Shown here: positions 12,649 to 31,700 of the stretch, one piece after another
Layout: every line of letters begins with the position of its first letter
Numbering within the stretch: position 1 is the first letter of the stretch
DNA from: Gordius albopunctatus
Lineage: Eukaryota
NCBI GenBank assembly: GCA_964276515.1
Contig: OZ193909.1
Span: forward strand, 17,112,001-17,176,000
Direction of reading: 5' to 3'
DNA length: 64,000 nt
Notes under the pieces: model-generated
What the model was told of the DNA's origin: nothing
Seen by the model: only the letters and a program-made list of their open reading frames with translations
Database searches by the model: none
Position numbers and translations under genes: made by a program

Positions 12649-14320
12649 ATAGTAAATACGATTAATATAGCCTTCGGGTATATTTTATTCATACGAGGAA
12701 TTATCGGTAATAGTCTCGGTATATACATACATAGCTTCGTATCATAGAAATTGGCGTAAAAATTTTAACCATACACTTCATCAACATCGTTTTCTCAATG
12801 CCCTAAAGGGGATGAACGAAGTAAAAGGGTAAACAAGACGCAGTTCAGTGCTAATCAATATTTGCTAAAGTGGTTTTTTTCTGTCAATATATTAAATTCA
12901 ATCCTACTCATTTTGTCACCCATACTCAAGTTGCAAGGTGAATTGAGTACCAACCTAGCATGGGAAAGTAAAGGGTGGATCGTGTATGCTGCAAAGTTCA
13001 ATTATCCCATAACTAAACCAATTATTGCTTTCGGATTATATATATATATTTTATTTTTCGAATGTCAGGCCATCGCTATACTTCTACCCTTTAAATTTAA
13101 AAGTGTTGTGACAAAGTCTAACATTAATGCATTACTTGTGATATGTTTCGTCTACCTAGTTCTCTGGAATATCCCCATTTCTAAATGGTTCTACACTTAT
13201 AGGGTTTTGGTATGTCCTCAGGAAGAATTTAAACAGCAAGCTAATGATACTAGTTATTACATATATGCATATGACTGGGTAGAACGAAGTTTTCATCACG
13301 ATCACTCTATAAATACCATATTATGGCATTGCTATTAAATATTACGCGAACTATTTATTAGTATAATACCCTTTGTAGGAGTCATAGTGATTAAAGTGCT
13401 AATTTTAAAGCGCAGAGCTAGGATAGCTTCACCAATAAACCCTAAAACTCCAAGTGTCAATACGAGTTTCGCCCAACAAGTTGTGAATGTATCTGGAACC
13501 AATCATATTAGTTTTCGCACAGTTCAAGAAAATGGGACCCTTACTTGCACAAAGAGTAAAGCACTTAATCTGCGAATTCAAAAGCAACAAACCGAAATCT
13601 GCAACACATGAGAACAATAATGGTTCTGACATTTGAATTTGTCTTTTTAATGCTCTCCGTTTCCCTGACGCAGATGTGTATTGACCTTCTAAGGACTAAG
13701 CACAAGCGTCAAGGCCTCACTACTTTCTACATCTTCGTTACCATGCTGCAATTTGTGTACGTTAATTGTACATTTTTTATAAATTACACCTTCAATCCAT
13801 CGTACAGGGAATTGGTTAATATCCAAATTTCTTGAGATACGAATTATTTTATAGCAAAATATTGGCATATTGCAAACGATTTCTAATCTAAAACACCAAG
13901 AAACTGATCCCTAGCATATCACATAAATTTTTAAATGCACGTGGTTTATTAAAGCAGACTATAATAATTGTAAGAGTTTATTTGCATCGAAAGATAACAT
14001 ACGTCTACATATATTGACTTTGTAATTCAATCCTGCAATATTATTTTAGTTTTTTTCCACAACTACCAATTTTTAAGATAAACGAGGATGAAGATGAAAA
14101 ATATGTCCATTTTAACCTTTTTTGAAGCTATACTGGAAAATATTAATTTATTCATGTCCATTTTGCTTTTTTTGTTTCATCTCTATATTTAAATTTATAC
14201 ACGTTTACGTGAACCCCTTCCTATCAAAATTCGTCTCACCATGGTTAGAAAACGCATGCGATGTTTACTAACACATCAATCTCTCCCTTTCTCCTTCTCT
14301 TCCACTCCTGCCCCAATATC

Positions 14321-15648
14321 TAGAGTTGTTAAATCGCTTGCTTTAGCAATGCTAACTATGTGGTATGCTCGAGCACGAACAATAGTTGTGTAATATGCTA
14401 GCTTAGCACAACGGGTGCTAGGCTATGCAATAGTTTTAACAATAAGATGTAAAAATGCTAGAGAGGTTAGTCGAAGCAGCCAAATCTGTTAAAAATTTAG
14501 CCGAAGCTCGAGCAGTAAATTCAAGCAGATAGTAGATTGAATTGCTATTTGTTAAAATTTAGTAACTTAGAATATTTGCTCATGGTATGTTATAAAGTTA
14601 TTATATTATAGTTTTATAAGAAATTAAGCATGTTGAGCATAAAATGATGGATTGTACGATAATAAGATGAGATTATATATTTGATTTTTTACCCTACATG
14701 TAATTATATATATTTTGAGTTTTTAGGTATAAATATTTTGTATAGGGGATTAAATATATATGGGGTCATGGGCGTAGGCAGGGGGGGCCTAGGCAAATTT
14801 CAATACCGAGACCTCTTTTTTTTTGCTCTCAGGAAATTTTTTTTGGGATAGTCAAGGATTGTTATCTGACCCCCCCTAAATATTTTTTAATTCATGGAAT
14901 TGTTCAAAAATAGTAATTTTGCTATCATTATTTAAAAAATATCTATCCAATATATTATTTTCATGGTAATCGATTTCATGGAATCCAGAGAAATCTTCCA
15001 AATCATTACAAGGTTCCTTTGAACTAGTTGTAGCTATTTTTCCGTGTTTTTTTTAATTAAAGGTGCTGATTTTAGAGAAAGAAATCATTTTTTTGTTAAT
15101 GCACAAGAGGCATTTCGCTTTTAAGTTGACTTTATCATCTGTATCATCTATAAGCTTGAAATATTTTTTGTATGGTGGAAATGGAAATTTGGTTTCTTCT
15201 TCTATAATCTCTACTAAATCCATAAAAAACCTATTTTTTATTACATATCTATAAAATGAATATTAATATGAATTACAAGATTTTTCAAAAAAATTTCTAT
15301 ATAAAACGGAAAAACTGATGTTAAATGGTTCAAATGATGAGATGAAAAATCAGTATAAAACTCGGCTCAACATTTAATAATGAATAAATTTAAATAAAAT
15401 TATATTTTCATTAAATTTTAATTAACAAATATTATTAATATTTAAAAAATAATATAATTTATATATTAAATTTAAAGCCCTAAAAGGAGCTACTCCCGCT
15501 CCTCATTTTTTTTGGAAAATGGAGCGGCGCTCAAACCGCATAATCTATATTTATGATGCGATTTAAAATTTTTTTTGAAATTTTGACTTACTTGTTTTTC
15601 ACCTTTGAAATTAAGATTTTTAAAAGTTTAGCGGTCGAACAGATGACT
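14321..15648. mobile_element. Older left-end fragment of the TAGAGTTGTTAAA hAT family, interrupted by other sequence at about 14768-15537
   Basis: 14321-14767 aligns with 52767-53215; 15538-15648 is one unit of the ~122-bp repeat without the RTE insertion. Confidence 0.82.
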
Positions 15649-16849
15649 ATCTTGGTAGGAGGCCGGACCTGCATAAAAAATAACGGACGGACGTTGTAGG
15701 CCTCTAGGCAGAATTGGCCAAAGGTTTTTATTATACCGTTCTTATTAAATAAAATGAAAATCTTAGACTTTATCAAAAAATTTATTTTTAAATGTTATAA
15801 ATATTTTAATTCGGTTTATTACATATTTTTTTTATCTTTGCTAAGGGGGGCGGTGGTTTTTGGCTTTTCCCCTTTGGCTACACCAATGGTTACAATTACA
15901 ATTGATCATGCATTCAATCTAGAGATCTGATACAGACCGTTTTTATGGGTTTTGGAAACTTTCAGGTCCGTCCGAGTCCATTATTTTTTATGCACTTAAG
16001 GCCCGGCCTCCTACAAATATTGGCACGTTAGACCCAGCCCACTAACAAATCTTAAATTTATGTCACATTTATTGCGATTTTACATATATTATCAGTAGGA
16101 TATTCATAGTAATCTTAGAGCCCTGAAGGGGGGCCGCCTGTAACCTGACCCGGCCCTATTAGGTTTTGGGCCAGGCTAGGGCAGAATTTAGAGATTATAT
16201 CGCTACCTGAGAATTGGAGTGCGCTATATGCACAAAACTGCGAAATGAAATAATTGATTTCAAAGTTTGAAATGATATAAAATTATTATAAGTTCGGTAA
16301 TGAAAACTAATAGCATCTGTAATATTTTATAAAAATGGACTTTGTAAATTTCAGATAGAGCAAAGTTCTAATTTTTGCGATTTTATTTAGCTACTTTTCA
16401 AGTTTTAAAATTTTGTTGACATTAGATTCATGTAAAAATATGACATTATTAATCTAGTTATATATTATAATGACTATTATTTTAATAACATGAGCAATAA
16501 TGTACAAAGTCTAAAATTATTGTAAGTACTAATCATTGTACTTACAAATTGACCCCATTGGATTTTGTGACAACCATCATTTACAAATTATAACCTGGAA
16601 ACTCAGACAATAAATAAACGCGATTAAATGAGCGCTTGAGATTGGGTATTGGAGAATAGAGCAAAACAATTCGTAAAGAATTAAAATTTCCAAAAAGCGC
16701 AAAATAAGAACCTAGATAGCTAACAAAAAAATATCTAAATGTCTACCGAATAGCACTTTTACTTTAAATTGTAGATAGAGAACTCCAATTGAGTCTCGCG
16801 GCAAAAATGGGTATTGAGTCTATGGCACACTGAAACAACAAAAATCAGT

Positions 16850-17025
16850 AAGGTGGTTTAGGGTTATGAGGCGAGTGATGTAAATCGAAAAGTATTGGAC
16901 CTTGCCGGGGAAGAGGACGACCTCGTGTAACGAGGAAAAGGCAAGTGGACAAAGTTATGAAAACTAAGAAGATAAAGCAGGACATGGCGCTTATTTAATC
17001 AAGATCGATGAAACTTATCAAAACA
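16850..17025 (+). mobile_element. 5'-truncated RTE 3' fragment
   Basis: Similar to 12410-12606 (GATGTAAATCGAAAAGTATTGGAC...GAAACTTATCAAAACAA). Confidence 0.75.
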
Positions 17026-17416
17026 ATTATGCAAGAGAAAACTTTATATTTTGAATACATATTACATAATAATTATTTAAATTCAATATAAAATAATTGT
17101 ATATGGAACATTAAACGTCGAAAGACAGAATATTTTTTATATCATTAAAGCTGATATTTTCATAAATAGAAAGGAAATATATTGGAGTATATATAAGAAT
17201 AAGGTACGGGTACCAAAAGTAAATACGCCTTGATATTTTTACAATTCATTTATAGGACAAAGTAAATAATTTATGGAAAAAATTACTATAATTTATAAAT
17301 AATAAATCTTCAGACGAGTTATGTTTGTATGTATATAAGTGTGTGTATTAAAGGTAAGGGGTTTGAGACCACCAGAGTTATTCAAAGAGTAATTTTTCAA
17401 AATGGCCCCCAAATTT

Positions 17417-21135
<3,719 letters not shown>

Positions 21136-22915
21136 CTAAAAACCAAACGATAAAATTTTTCAAAAATGATAAAATGCATAAAGTAACAATTTGTTTAAAA
21201 AAAATAAAACCTAATAGACAAAAGAATACACATCAATGCCATCTGTTGGGTTTTAGTTATTTATTCGTGAATGCAATTTTTTATATAGTTCAATATTAGC
21301 TTAAAAAAAAATATATTTTAATAAATTGCATTTATAAAAACTTTCTACTCAAAAAATGATAATAAATTAACATAATTTGCATCATTTAAAACCAAACGAT
21401 AATTTTTTAAAAATGATAAAATGCAGAAAGTAAAATTCGTTCGAAACAAGTTTTAAATACGTTACGTTCAAAAAGACTTTGGCCAATTTAAAAAAAGCTA
21501 ATGAACTTGTTAAATGTGATTCATTCCTAAAAATAAATTGTATTGAAACTAAATCATTACTCGTGTAAAGAAGTGGGATACGAATTCCGTGATTTCAAAG
21601 ATAAGGTAAGATATTAAAGTCCAATAAAGGCAAAAATTTTATATTAGTAATTATGCGATTAGCTTTACGAGTATTTATAAGGATAAAAGATGGGCGGGAA
21701 ACTATTTCGCTCGCTAACACACCAGAGCACTCAGGCAAGGAGACGCTTGACTAGAACAATACATGGCGAAAACAGTTTGATAACAATGGAGAGATATTGC
21801 CAAGGTTAGGGTTAACATCGGTGTTTGTTTTGTTGTGACGATATAATTATATGCTTACATTGGCTTAACCAATTAATCCAAAAATTTGTTGAAATTTATT
21901 AAAATTATCCCTAAAATTTGAAAATATGATCATTTTGCCCCCCTCTAATTCCAATGCTGACTACGTCCATGTATGCTTACTAAGGAATTGCCAAACATAT
22001 TTCTTGGCGGCGTGCCAAACTAACCACCCACCCCCCATTGCAAAAATATTAACTCACAGCGGGAGGAGGCAAGTAAAGAGGGTCTTTGAAAGAAACAACT
22101 ATTGCATCATCATTACATTATTGCATCATCATCTATTCATGGTAAACCGCAGAGGTTTTTCAACGTTAGTGCATTGCAATTAGTGCTTAGGCGCCACAAA
22201 GCAGACTCGTAAGCAATAAAAAACAAAATAGTTTCCGTAGAAACTCCGCCTACTCGTAGCAGTTAGAAATGAAGAGGGCAAGGTCTCCTTAACCTTAAAT
22301 TTTCAAAAATTATCGTTTTTTTCCTCACAAAATTCTGATCGAAGTTGCCTTTGGCAGCCAGAAAATTTTCTAGCCAACAAAATAAAATTAGTTTGGAGAA
22401 GGATAAAGCATGGCCAAAAGAGATGGAACGATCACGCGAGAACTCTGTAGTTTATGAGATAGAAGAAAGGAAACTTGTAAACTCGTGATGCGGTTGCCAG
22501 AAACTTTATCGTCGACTTTAAGGAAAAATCATTATTTTAAATTCCACACTTGGGCGTGGCAGGAAAATTAATTAAAGGCTCGAGGGGACAAATCATAATT
22601 TTAGGAATATTAACAGTTTTACCTAAAAAAAATTAATTCATTTTTTTTAAAGTTTATTTTAACGAAAACAAAGTTACATGGTAGTGTCTCCCATTCACAT
22701 TTTACCCTTGTTAGACCAAAAAAATGTTCAGTGGGTTTCTTTTAGGTAAAAATTACTACTCGGGTTTTACCTTAGCGTGAGCGTTAATCTGTAAAACAAA
22801 GCAGGCTCTACGTTTCGAGAAGCTCAAAGGCGAATTCTCAAATTTTCATACTTTGAAAACATCGTTAATTCAAGAGGTTCTCATGGTGATGCTAGCTACA
22901 CAACGCGCATATGCT

Positions 22916-23063
22916 CATGGGCTGGGCGTGCCAGGGGCGGCCGCCTCCTCTAAATTTAATAAAAATTAATATGATTGATTACTACAACTAGAATTTCAAA
23001 AAATTATCGTTTTGCCCTTCCCTAATCACTATTGACCCCCCCCTCTAATTCCAACCCTGGATG
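22916..23063. mobile_element. hAT-type MITE (CATGGGC family)
   Basis: Perfect 8-bp TSD CATATGCT (22908-22915, 23064-23071); internal similarity to 7715-7900. Confidence 0.8.
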
Positions 23064-25724
23064 CATATGCTTATCAATATAAAATTATTACAATGAAGTA
23101 TTTGTGGTGATTGATGACTTCCCTCAAACGGGCGGCAAAATTTTACACGGGGAACGGAAGAGGGAAATAATCTTTTGAATTTTCTTAACCTTAATTTCCC
23201 TAAATATGAAAGACAGCCCTTGCTAAATAAAAACAGTTTTAGTCAATGGTTAAAGGTTGACATAACAAGGCCGACCTTTTTATCCTGACATCAGTTGCAT
23301 ATAAATCAAAATTATTTGGGTGATAAACAGCTGGGTAAATAGGGTGGGCTACAAAAAGTTATAAGTCACAAGGCAAATAAAAAATACTTTTTTGATGGTT
23401 TTTGTATGCATATGGTCTTGGATTTTGATTTAAAAGGTTAATAAATATTACTTATATAAAAAATTAAGAATTATTGCAGACTCCAGGTAATAAGCATGTG
23501 TATTTCAAGACAATTATAGGCTTCTCTATGATTATAAAATAACATTTAATTCTTAAAGCCATCATTTACTTCAGCATAACATTTAAATCTAAAAGCTTTT
23601 TTACATTCAAAATATAAATAACATACTGAGCTACATCGCATTCGCAGTTAATAACTTACCTAATAAACACGCGTTACAAATAAAAATGTTCGTAATTCGT
23701 ATTTTATTAATTTAAACTGTTTATAGTTAAACTTAATATTTTTAAAAAAAATTGCAAAAGTACAAAAAAACGTAAGATGAAATTTAAACCCTTTAGTATC
23801 AGTTTCTTAGCCCCAAGGCTTTCTAATTGACGCATTACATACATATAAAATAAAAATATAAATGGCATGCCTTCGGGCAATTTTTAAAGCTTTAGGTAAA
23901 TATGCATATGTAATTTAAGGAAGTGTAAATGTTTTCTTTACATAACTTTCAACCTGTTTTCCACTTTTTTAAATTTATAAATTGCAAAATTAGTCTAAAA
24001 TCGTTAAAAATTCAATGTTTGAACCATTTAAAACAATCAACCAAACAATTTATTTTGGCTTAATAAGGTCATAGCAATAAATTTTTAGGAAAGTAAAAAA
24101 ATGATTTAATAAACGAAAAATCACTTATTCAACTTTATAAAAATGAATTAAAAAGTTTGAATTTTTATTGAATGTATTGAAAATGTTATATAACCATGAT
24201 GATTAATTATTAAACTCTTCATATGGTACATTTTACCTATTCTTCTCTGTCTATCTAGTTTATGATTAGAAACATAGATATGTAATAAATGAGTATCTGT
24301 GAAAGTTTTCTTAAGTACCCATTTAAGACAATCTTAAATTTTAAAGAATCATAACATCAAATGACTACAATTTGTCTAAGCATGAGTTGGGATCAGTTGT
24401 TTAAAAATTTTAAACAAAATAAAGTGTTATATAATTTTAACAAGTACAAGTCATATATTTTTTATGAGTTTCTCCAAGCTTAAATTTTAAAAAACTATGT
24501 GCTGGCTTATATATGTCAAGAAATATATTTAATAGATTTGACAAATTTATAAAAAGTACTACATTTTCAATATTTAATGTTTATAATCAAAAGCTATTAA
24601 ATTTTTTAATGTCATTACTTTAATCTAACATAAATAAACCATTTAAAAAATTTCGCAAAAATCTAATTATATATAATATTCAATTTTACATTTTTCTCAG
24701 GTGAATTGAAATCCAAACTGTGATGAGACTTTTAAGGCGCCTTTAATCGAAAAAAATATCATAAACTTTATATTGGCTTATAGATAATATATTATATTTT
24801 GCCAATTATATTAAAGTCAAATTTAATATGCCATTAATAATAAGTATTTATGTTTTACAAAAATATAAAAAACTCAGCGCTTATACCAAGCATTACTCTT
24901 TTAATAAATTTGTGCATAAATTTGCTAAACGAAAATTTATAAAATTTTTTATTATTTATAAACAGTTTAAAAACTAGGAGGGTGTTTTAGAGTTTTTCAA
25001 CTGTAGTCGTTTTAATTACTAAAGGCTTCTTAACTTTGCGTTGATGAATAATTATAGCACCATCGTTTTTATTAGCGTTTTTTAATATTTGAATAGCGAA
25101 ATTGGATAATTTCGCTGAAAATTTGGATCTCCTAGAAAGACTCTTAACTTGCTCGAAAAAACAGCGGACATTTAAAATGTTTTATAAATATAGACATAGC
25201 ATTATCTCTAAGTTACAATAAATGATATTTCACAACTCAAACTTCTTTTTGAATGCTCGTATCTAAGCCATTATAAAATAAATAGAAGTCTTCTAAATCT
25301 ACAGGTCACTTCTTAATTTCATAAATAATGATTTATTAAAATAGAATAAAAAAATTAAAAGGTAGGTGTACAACTAATAGATCACAAATGAGATTTCTGT
25401 ATCATCATTACAAGTGTATAACAATCTTTAAAAGCATCGCCAGTGATATACCACACATATTTTTAAATCTAACACATTTGTAGTGGAAAATTTTTATACA
25501 GATTTTATATTAGATAGCCTCATTAAAGGATTTTTAAATACCCCTAATGATTGCCTTCATATTGTAACAATTAAACTTTTTTGTAAAAGGCAAATACTCG
25601 AGTTTTAAATTTCTAATTTACCAAAGCATACATTACACAATCTTTATTATATAAAAAACAATATCAAGGTGATACTTCAGATAACATACCAAACAAAACG
25701 ATTCATATTAAACAAAGGCTATAT

Positions 25725-28700
25725 TTAGCTAGAGACGCTTAAATCTAGCATGACTGGATAAAATGCATTAGAATGATTGTGTTTGACCATAATTTCTACA
25801 TACTCCGTCCCATTATTCTGAGTCATAGCTTCATTAGCAAGACGTTGTGTTTTGTTCCACAGGTCGAGGTGATGGAATGCCTGAGAAGCCACGTAGGCCA
25901 AAGCACATTCGCTGCCTCTCAATCTCGAATAAGCTCCACTAACGGTAAAACCTAGGACGTAAAGATTTTCGTCGAAATTATTACTTTCCTCTAATCGATT
26001 TTTTTCGACGAAATAAACTCTTCGGCCCTGAGTAACTCCAAGTTTTGATGTTTCAGCGTAAGGTAAGGTTGATTTATTTTTTCGACTTTTATCAACGGTT
26101 TCAGAATCAGCCACTGGTTTTGGCAACGGTGAATAGGAAGAGAGTTTCAAAAGACTTGTAAAACGTTGGGGTGCCTTACACCTGCACACTATAATCATTC
26201 CTGGCTTCAGGGTTCCCTTTTTTACCGTTCTAAGAGTTATCGGTATTAAGGCAGTCGAAATATTTACAGATGTGCCCCAGTCTGTGTTCAAAGTAGTTGA
26301 CAAGGGATTTTTTTGCGAGCGAGAATTAAATATAGGATAAGACTCGAACATTTCCAAAATTTTCGCGTTTCTGAGAACGTAAAAATTTTTAGGCGCAGCT
26401 TCATTTGATACTTCCATTGCAGTTGCATTGGAGAGAGTTCCTTCCTTAAATATTAAGAATGATTTCTAATATAAGTCCTGTAAAGTTGTAAAACAAATTT
26501 AAATAATAGATTAAATACGACCGTAGTTTAAACTCCATTTTCTAAAATAAACTTTCGGTTTCTTCATAGAAAGAAATTATGACTTTTATCCCCAACTATT
26601 AAACATAAAACATAATATAACTATAATACACTTATTAAAAGCCGAACCAAAAAATTCTCAAATAAACTAGCCTTTGACAGACCAATCAAAAAATTTGCAC
26701 TAAGAATGCCATTTTAGAACACAAATTCAATGAGCCGGTCTGCAACGTCAAGATTTCAAAAGGCCTTTTAGCTGTGTAAAATTTAATTCATCGAGCATTA
26801 CATATTGGATAGACAATTATTACTACCAAAATATGCATAAAAATTTTATAGGACGCCAGCATATTAAAGGTTAACCGCAAACATTAACCAGGTCATTGAT
26901 TTTATGGGAAACTAGCAATTAAAACCTCATAATTCATAAACTAAGAGATATAAATGCTGAAACAAAATTGTATTTTTCACTTTTAAGACATTCATAACCC
27001 ATTATTCATTTAGTTGAAACTCCTCTAAATAGATCACCACAGTCATAAGCGTGGTAGACAGCTAACCCTTAAAATCTATGTTTACTCTCAAAACTCATTT
27101 TTAACGTGCATATGGGGCGCTATGATGCCAAAGCGGCTAAAAACCAGAGAGTCAAGCATATAAGAGACATTTTTTTCAATTTTAAATAAAAAGCAATATA
27201 ATTTAAATAGCTACTAATAAAAAAATCAACTAAAATTTAGCTGGCCAACCCAATATTACACTCACAAAAACTTCTCCGTGTAAAGGGAACGTACATTACT
27301 ATTGAAACTATTCCAATCATTGACTAGCAGCTGCCAGGGATTTTTGAAGGGGAACTGGCTAGTGTAAAGGCAACCCCCCGATGTTTTCAAATAATTTGTC
27401 CTGCATTTAGGAGGTCGTTTTTGGTGGGCATCCAGAGATTTTCGTTCGTTAGCTAGCTCAAAATCGGCGCCAGCCTTGGTGTCAGGGTAGTGTTCTGGGA
27501 AGTGAGGAATCAACGTTTCGCTGCCTTAACAATCAAGTTTTAGACCATGCTTTGTGTATAGTACAAAAATCTATTTCCCTAACAGCGATTAAGCATATAA
27601 TTTTGAAAAATATTACATATCATCATCATATGTAAAAATGGCACTAATCCGATTTGGGAAGTTTATAAATTGGTCAGTCAATAATAGATTGGCTGTTGTG
27701 CATGCCAAATTCAGTTAACATGACCAAACAAAATCTCTTTCTACTTACAGCATGAGCATAGCCAAGAGGGAAGGGGCAGCTGCCCCCCCCTCTAAATCCA
27801 AAAAATTCTCATAATTTATTAAAATTCTCATTTTGCCCATCTCTAAATCATTATTTCTCCCCTCTAATTCCAATGCTGGCTACGACGCCCATGACTAACA
27901 CACCATATTATCTCGAAGGCACACCTCACATAGTATGAATAATTTAAAAATTAAGAATTAAAACTATGGGATCAGATTACACAATTTAGCCATATACCTC
28001 CTAGCCATTTAAGTATGTCGGGGGCAAAATATGAAATTCTCAAAGGTACAACAACACAAACATATTCACAACATACGCGATTTCTAATTCCCAGCACCTC
28101 ATTTGCCCAAAAAGGAGCGTCAACGTTTTATAGAGTCAGCCTTGCATTTATACTAAATAGATAGATTGGGATTAGGCAAAATTACTGAAAGCCAGATCTT
28201 CGTTCAAACCGCAAGGGGTTGCTCCGTTGTAGAGGCAACCTATCCAAAATGGCATAGCCCAACTGCTGGGCAACACTAAATCCCACCCAGCTCCATAGTA
28301 ATTAGCTTGAGTTTCTATATATAGCAATAAGATCAATAAAAACTGAATAGCAATTAATAATTCCTGTATATGGGCAATCGTAAATTCAGAACTTAAACAG
28401 AGGAAGTGTGATATCGGAATAATACTGTTCTAGTTTTACCAGAATCAATCAATCAATCAATACCTATCGTTTGGTAATTAAATAAATCGTAAAACGTGGA
28501 AAGGAGGATACATTTTACTTTTTCCTCGTCATATATATTAAGCCCCTCGCCCGTCCATGCTAAACCTATGTTTTGCCCATAAATTTTAATAATCCAACGT
28601 GACCTCCCAGACATCTCTTTGTAATATTAAAAGATAAAAAAGCAAACATGAATAAATAGCACCGGCACCTTTGTCAAAAACAACAACTTATTTTGCAAAA

Positions 28701-31700
28701 AGAGACCTGGGTAGGCATAAAAATTCGTTTGTTAAATCAATTTTTCAAAATCAAAGATTTAACATTGGGATACAGCCTTTTAGTTTATTCGAGTTCATTG
28801 ATAGATTGCCTTTCTTCACCAAGTTTACATATTGTTATAATCTTTAGACCAAAATTAATTATTCAAGCACGTTTCATCGAAAATCCACATGAAAATTAAT
28901 AATTTTATTCGGAAACGCTGTCTCAGTTGCAAAATGTGGCTAATGTAACGGTGAATCCCTAACATAAATCACACTTTAATGTTGATTTTAATACGATGCA
29001 AAAAATTTCAAAGATATAATATTTCAACTCAAACAAAGGATCGCTATCATTAAAGGGCCTAAGCGATAGATGTCGGGTTTTAAGATTTAATATTCAGCCA
29101 TGTTTGTTTGACAAGAGGACATAATTGAAACATGTTATATAACGTTGAGCGGCTCCGAAAATTAAAGTAGAAGGGCTTTATAATTTCCAAATTTTAATGA
29201 AATAAAAAGATTTACTCTCGATATTAAAATTTGTATATATAAAATTCGAAGCTTCAGGATGTAAAACAATATTGAATCTTGGATTGCTTTCAATATTCAA
29301 GACAACATATTAAATTCGTTAATTTTAGAGGATGGGCACGTACTGTTAGATGAAAGGGCGCTGACACGGTTATCTTGAGTTTCATGGGAAATTTTAGATT
29401 TGCGATTATGGAGGGGTCTGTGTATAAGTAATACTGGAACGTAAGATTCTGTCGCCAATACGCTGTGCGGCATTTCACCTGTAATAATTGCAATCAATCA
29501 TTTAGTTATTATGGGAGAAAAATAAAAAAAATTTATTATTTTTTTTATAGAATTCTACATATTTTAAGATATAGATTTGCCATTTACCCAAACATTATAC
29601 AAATTCGTAATGTAATCCCTATTTCATGCATGAAACAGTGTAAAAGACGCGCTTTTTAGAGACGACAAAATGTGGAACATTTATAAAAAAATGATTTTAA
29701 AAATACACCCCTCTCCCCCATAATATATAAGCAAACATGGTCTTTCTCTGCAAGCTCATCATTTCAAGACTACCATTTGTCATCGGATTATGCTTATAAA
29801 GTATCACTCATACTTGAAAGATGAATAGTAGCATGAAAATTAATGTTCACTTTTTAATATAGTTTTCCCATTTTTCAAAATTTTACATTTTAATCACTGA
29901 TTTCTTGAATTATAAATTAAACAAAGGTTAAGTTTTGTCTCATATTAAATTAAAGATACAGCCTTAAGAATCTAAATCAATTGTAGTATAATTTTATCGA
30001 TATGACATTCCACAGCGTGTGTGAACGCGCCTATAAATTATTTCGTTACCTAGGAAGGTGTCATTACGAATTTTGGAAGAGGAGCGAAGGGCATTTAGCT
30101 TATGATCCGGGAGTTTGGTTAGGGTGACCTTTTCCCTAATAATAGGCTGCCAAAATGGAGCCGCCCAGGCTGGCCCTCCTGGAGGCGAGGTTAAAGGCAT
30201 ATACAAGGCATCGAGATCGGGCTTTTGTAGGCTATCTTCCTCGCTCTTATCGTCGCGCTTGTTTTTTACTAATATTTATATGTGCACAAACAAATCGAAC
30301 CGATTTTGTACAATGCTTTGAAATGGTTCCTTTTTTAAGTAATTCAAATAATTTTAAAATTAAATTATATTAATTATTGCAAGGTTAATTTTCAACGAAA
30401 GTCGATTATAAAGATATATCGAAAAGGTAGCGAAGCGACCCTAAATATATTTTAAGGATGCTTGCAAAATTAAAAAAAACAGGCTTATTATGCACAAAAG
30501 CTCAGAGCCAGAGACCAGCATGAGCGGGCTGGCTTGCAAAGGAAGAAAATTTATGCCGGGCCTAATGTTTATTAGTAAATTGGACCAGCCCGGAATGAAC
30601 ACATTCATACATAAAATATATATAAACAGCACATTGCTAACATTTTATTGTGACATTGTGTGCAACTAAACTTGAAAAAACTTCCTAAAACTTTGGATTA
30701 ATCAAAATTATTAAATTATTTTCACTCCAAACTCAACTTAAAAGTAGAGTTGTTAAATTGCTAACTTTCTTCCACTCCGAGTTTCTGCTCGGTCCTCGAG
30801 CATTTTTATATGCTACTGTTCTGCCTACTGCACCGAACAGCGAGCACATTTTGTGCTAACGCCCATGTTAAGCAAATCAGTGTGCGTGCTCGCGTCTGGA
30901 CTTTGAAGCAAATTAGCAATTTAACAACTCAACTTAAAAAAGCATCTAAAAATTTACAGGCATATTTATATCCCGTGCCTTCAAGACTATCATTTAACTG
31001 TCCCAGTTCCGTCCGGCCAGTCACAAAACTGACAAATGCCACTCCATCGCTCTCGATGTCGTCTAAAAACCAAAGTCTTAATAAAAATTAACAGAACAAG
31101 CTAGCAGATTCTTACAAAGAGACAACATTAGACAAACGCGACAGCACATTTTTAGAGAGAGATCGACGTAAAAATTCATAGTATTCAATGCAAAATTACT
31201 AAAATCGAGGACGTTTTTCTTGATTTCGGGCCTAAATAAGCGTGGATCGCGGACAAAGAGAGGAATAACGGAGCCGGGGGGTAGGTATTTAGCAACTAGT
31301 CTGTTGTAGGCGTAATAATGGTGACTGAGATGATCTAAAGCCTTCCACACATCATCTTGACCCGTTAAATGCGTCAAGCTACAGGGAAAACATAATTGAA
31401 ATTATCAAATTAATTGGGCATAAAAAAATATTTTAGCCATTTTTCAAGGGGTATTACTTGCGCGAATTTAATGCCAATATTATAAATACGATGAATAATA
31501 GGAGAATCCATTTTTCATATAAATTTATTTCTCGAGGCAAACAAGAGAGTACGGGGAGATGGTGGGCCTCTTGGCCCATCACACCAATTTGAGTCTTTGA
31601 TCTTAAAGAGATCCGCTTTAAAATATCATAAACACGTGAAAAAGTGAATTGAAACATTAGTGCGAACTAAGGGGAAAGGGATGGAAAAACGGGCGCGAAT

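Larger units (their letters stand above)
10185..13886 (+). pseudogene. GPCR pseudogene, paralogue of 1-784, split by an RTE insertion
   Basis: Removing the RTE and one TSD copy restores ...DRSIVNTINIAFGYILFIRGIIGNSLGIY (TM1). Nonsense changes at 13336 (CAA>TAA) and 13833 (CGA>TGA), and a 1-bp deletion near 13597 relative to the intact paralogue. Confidence 0.85.
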
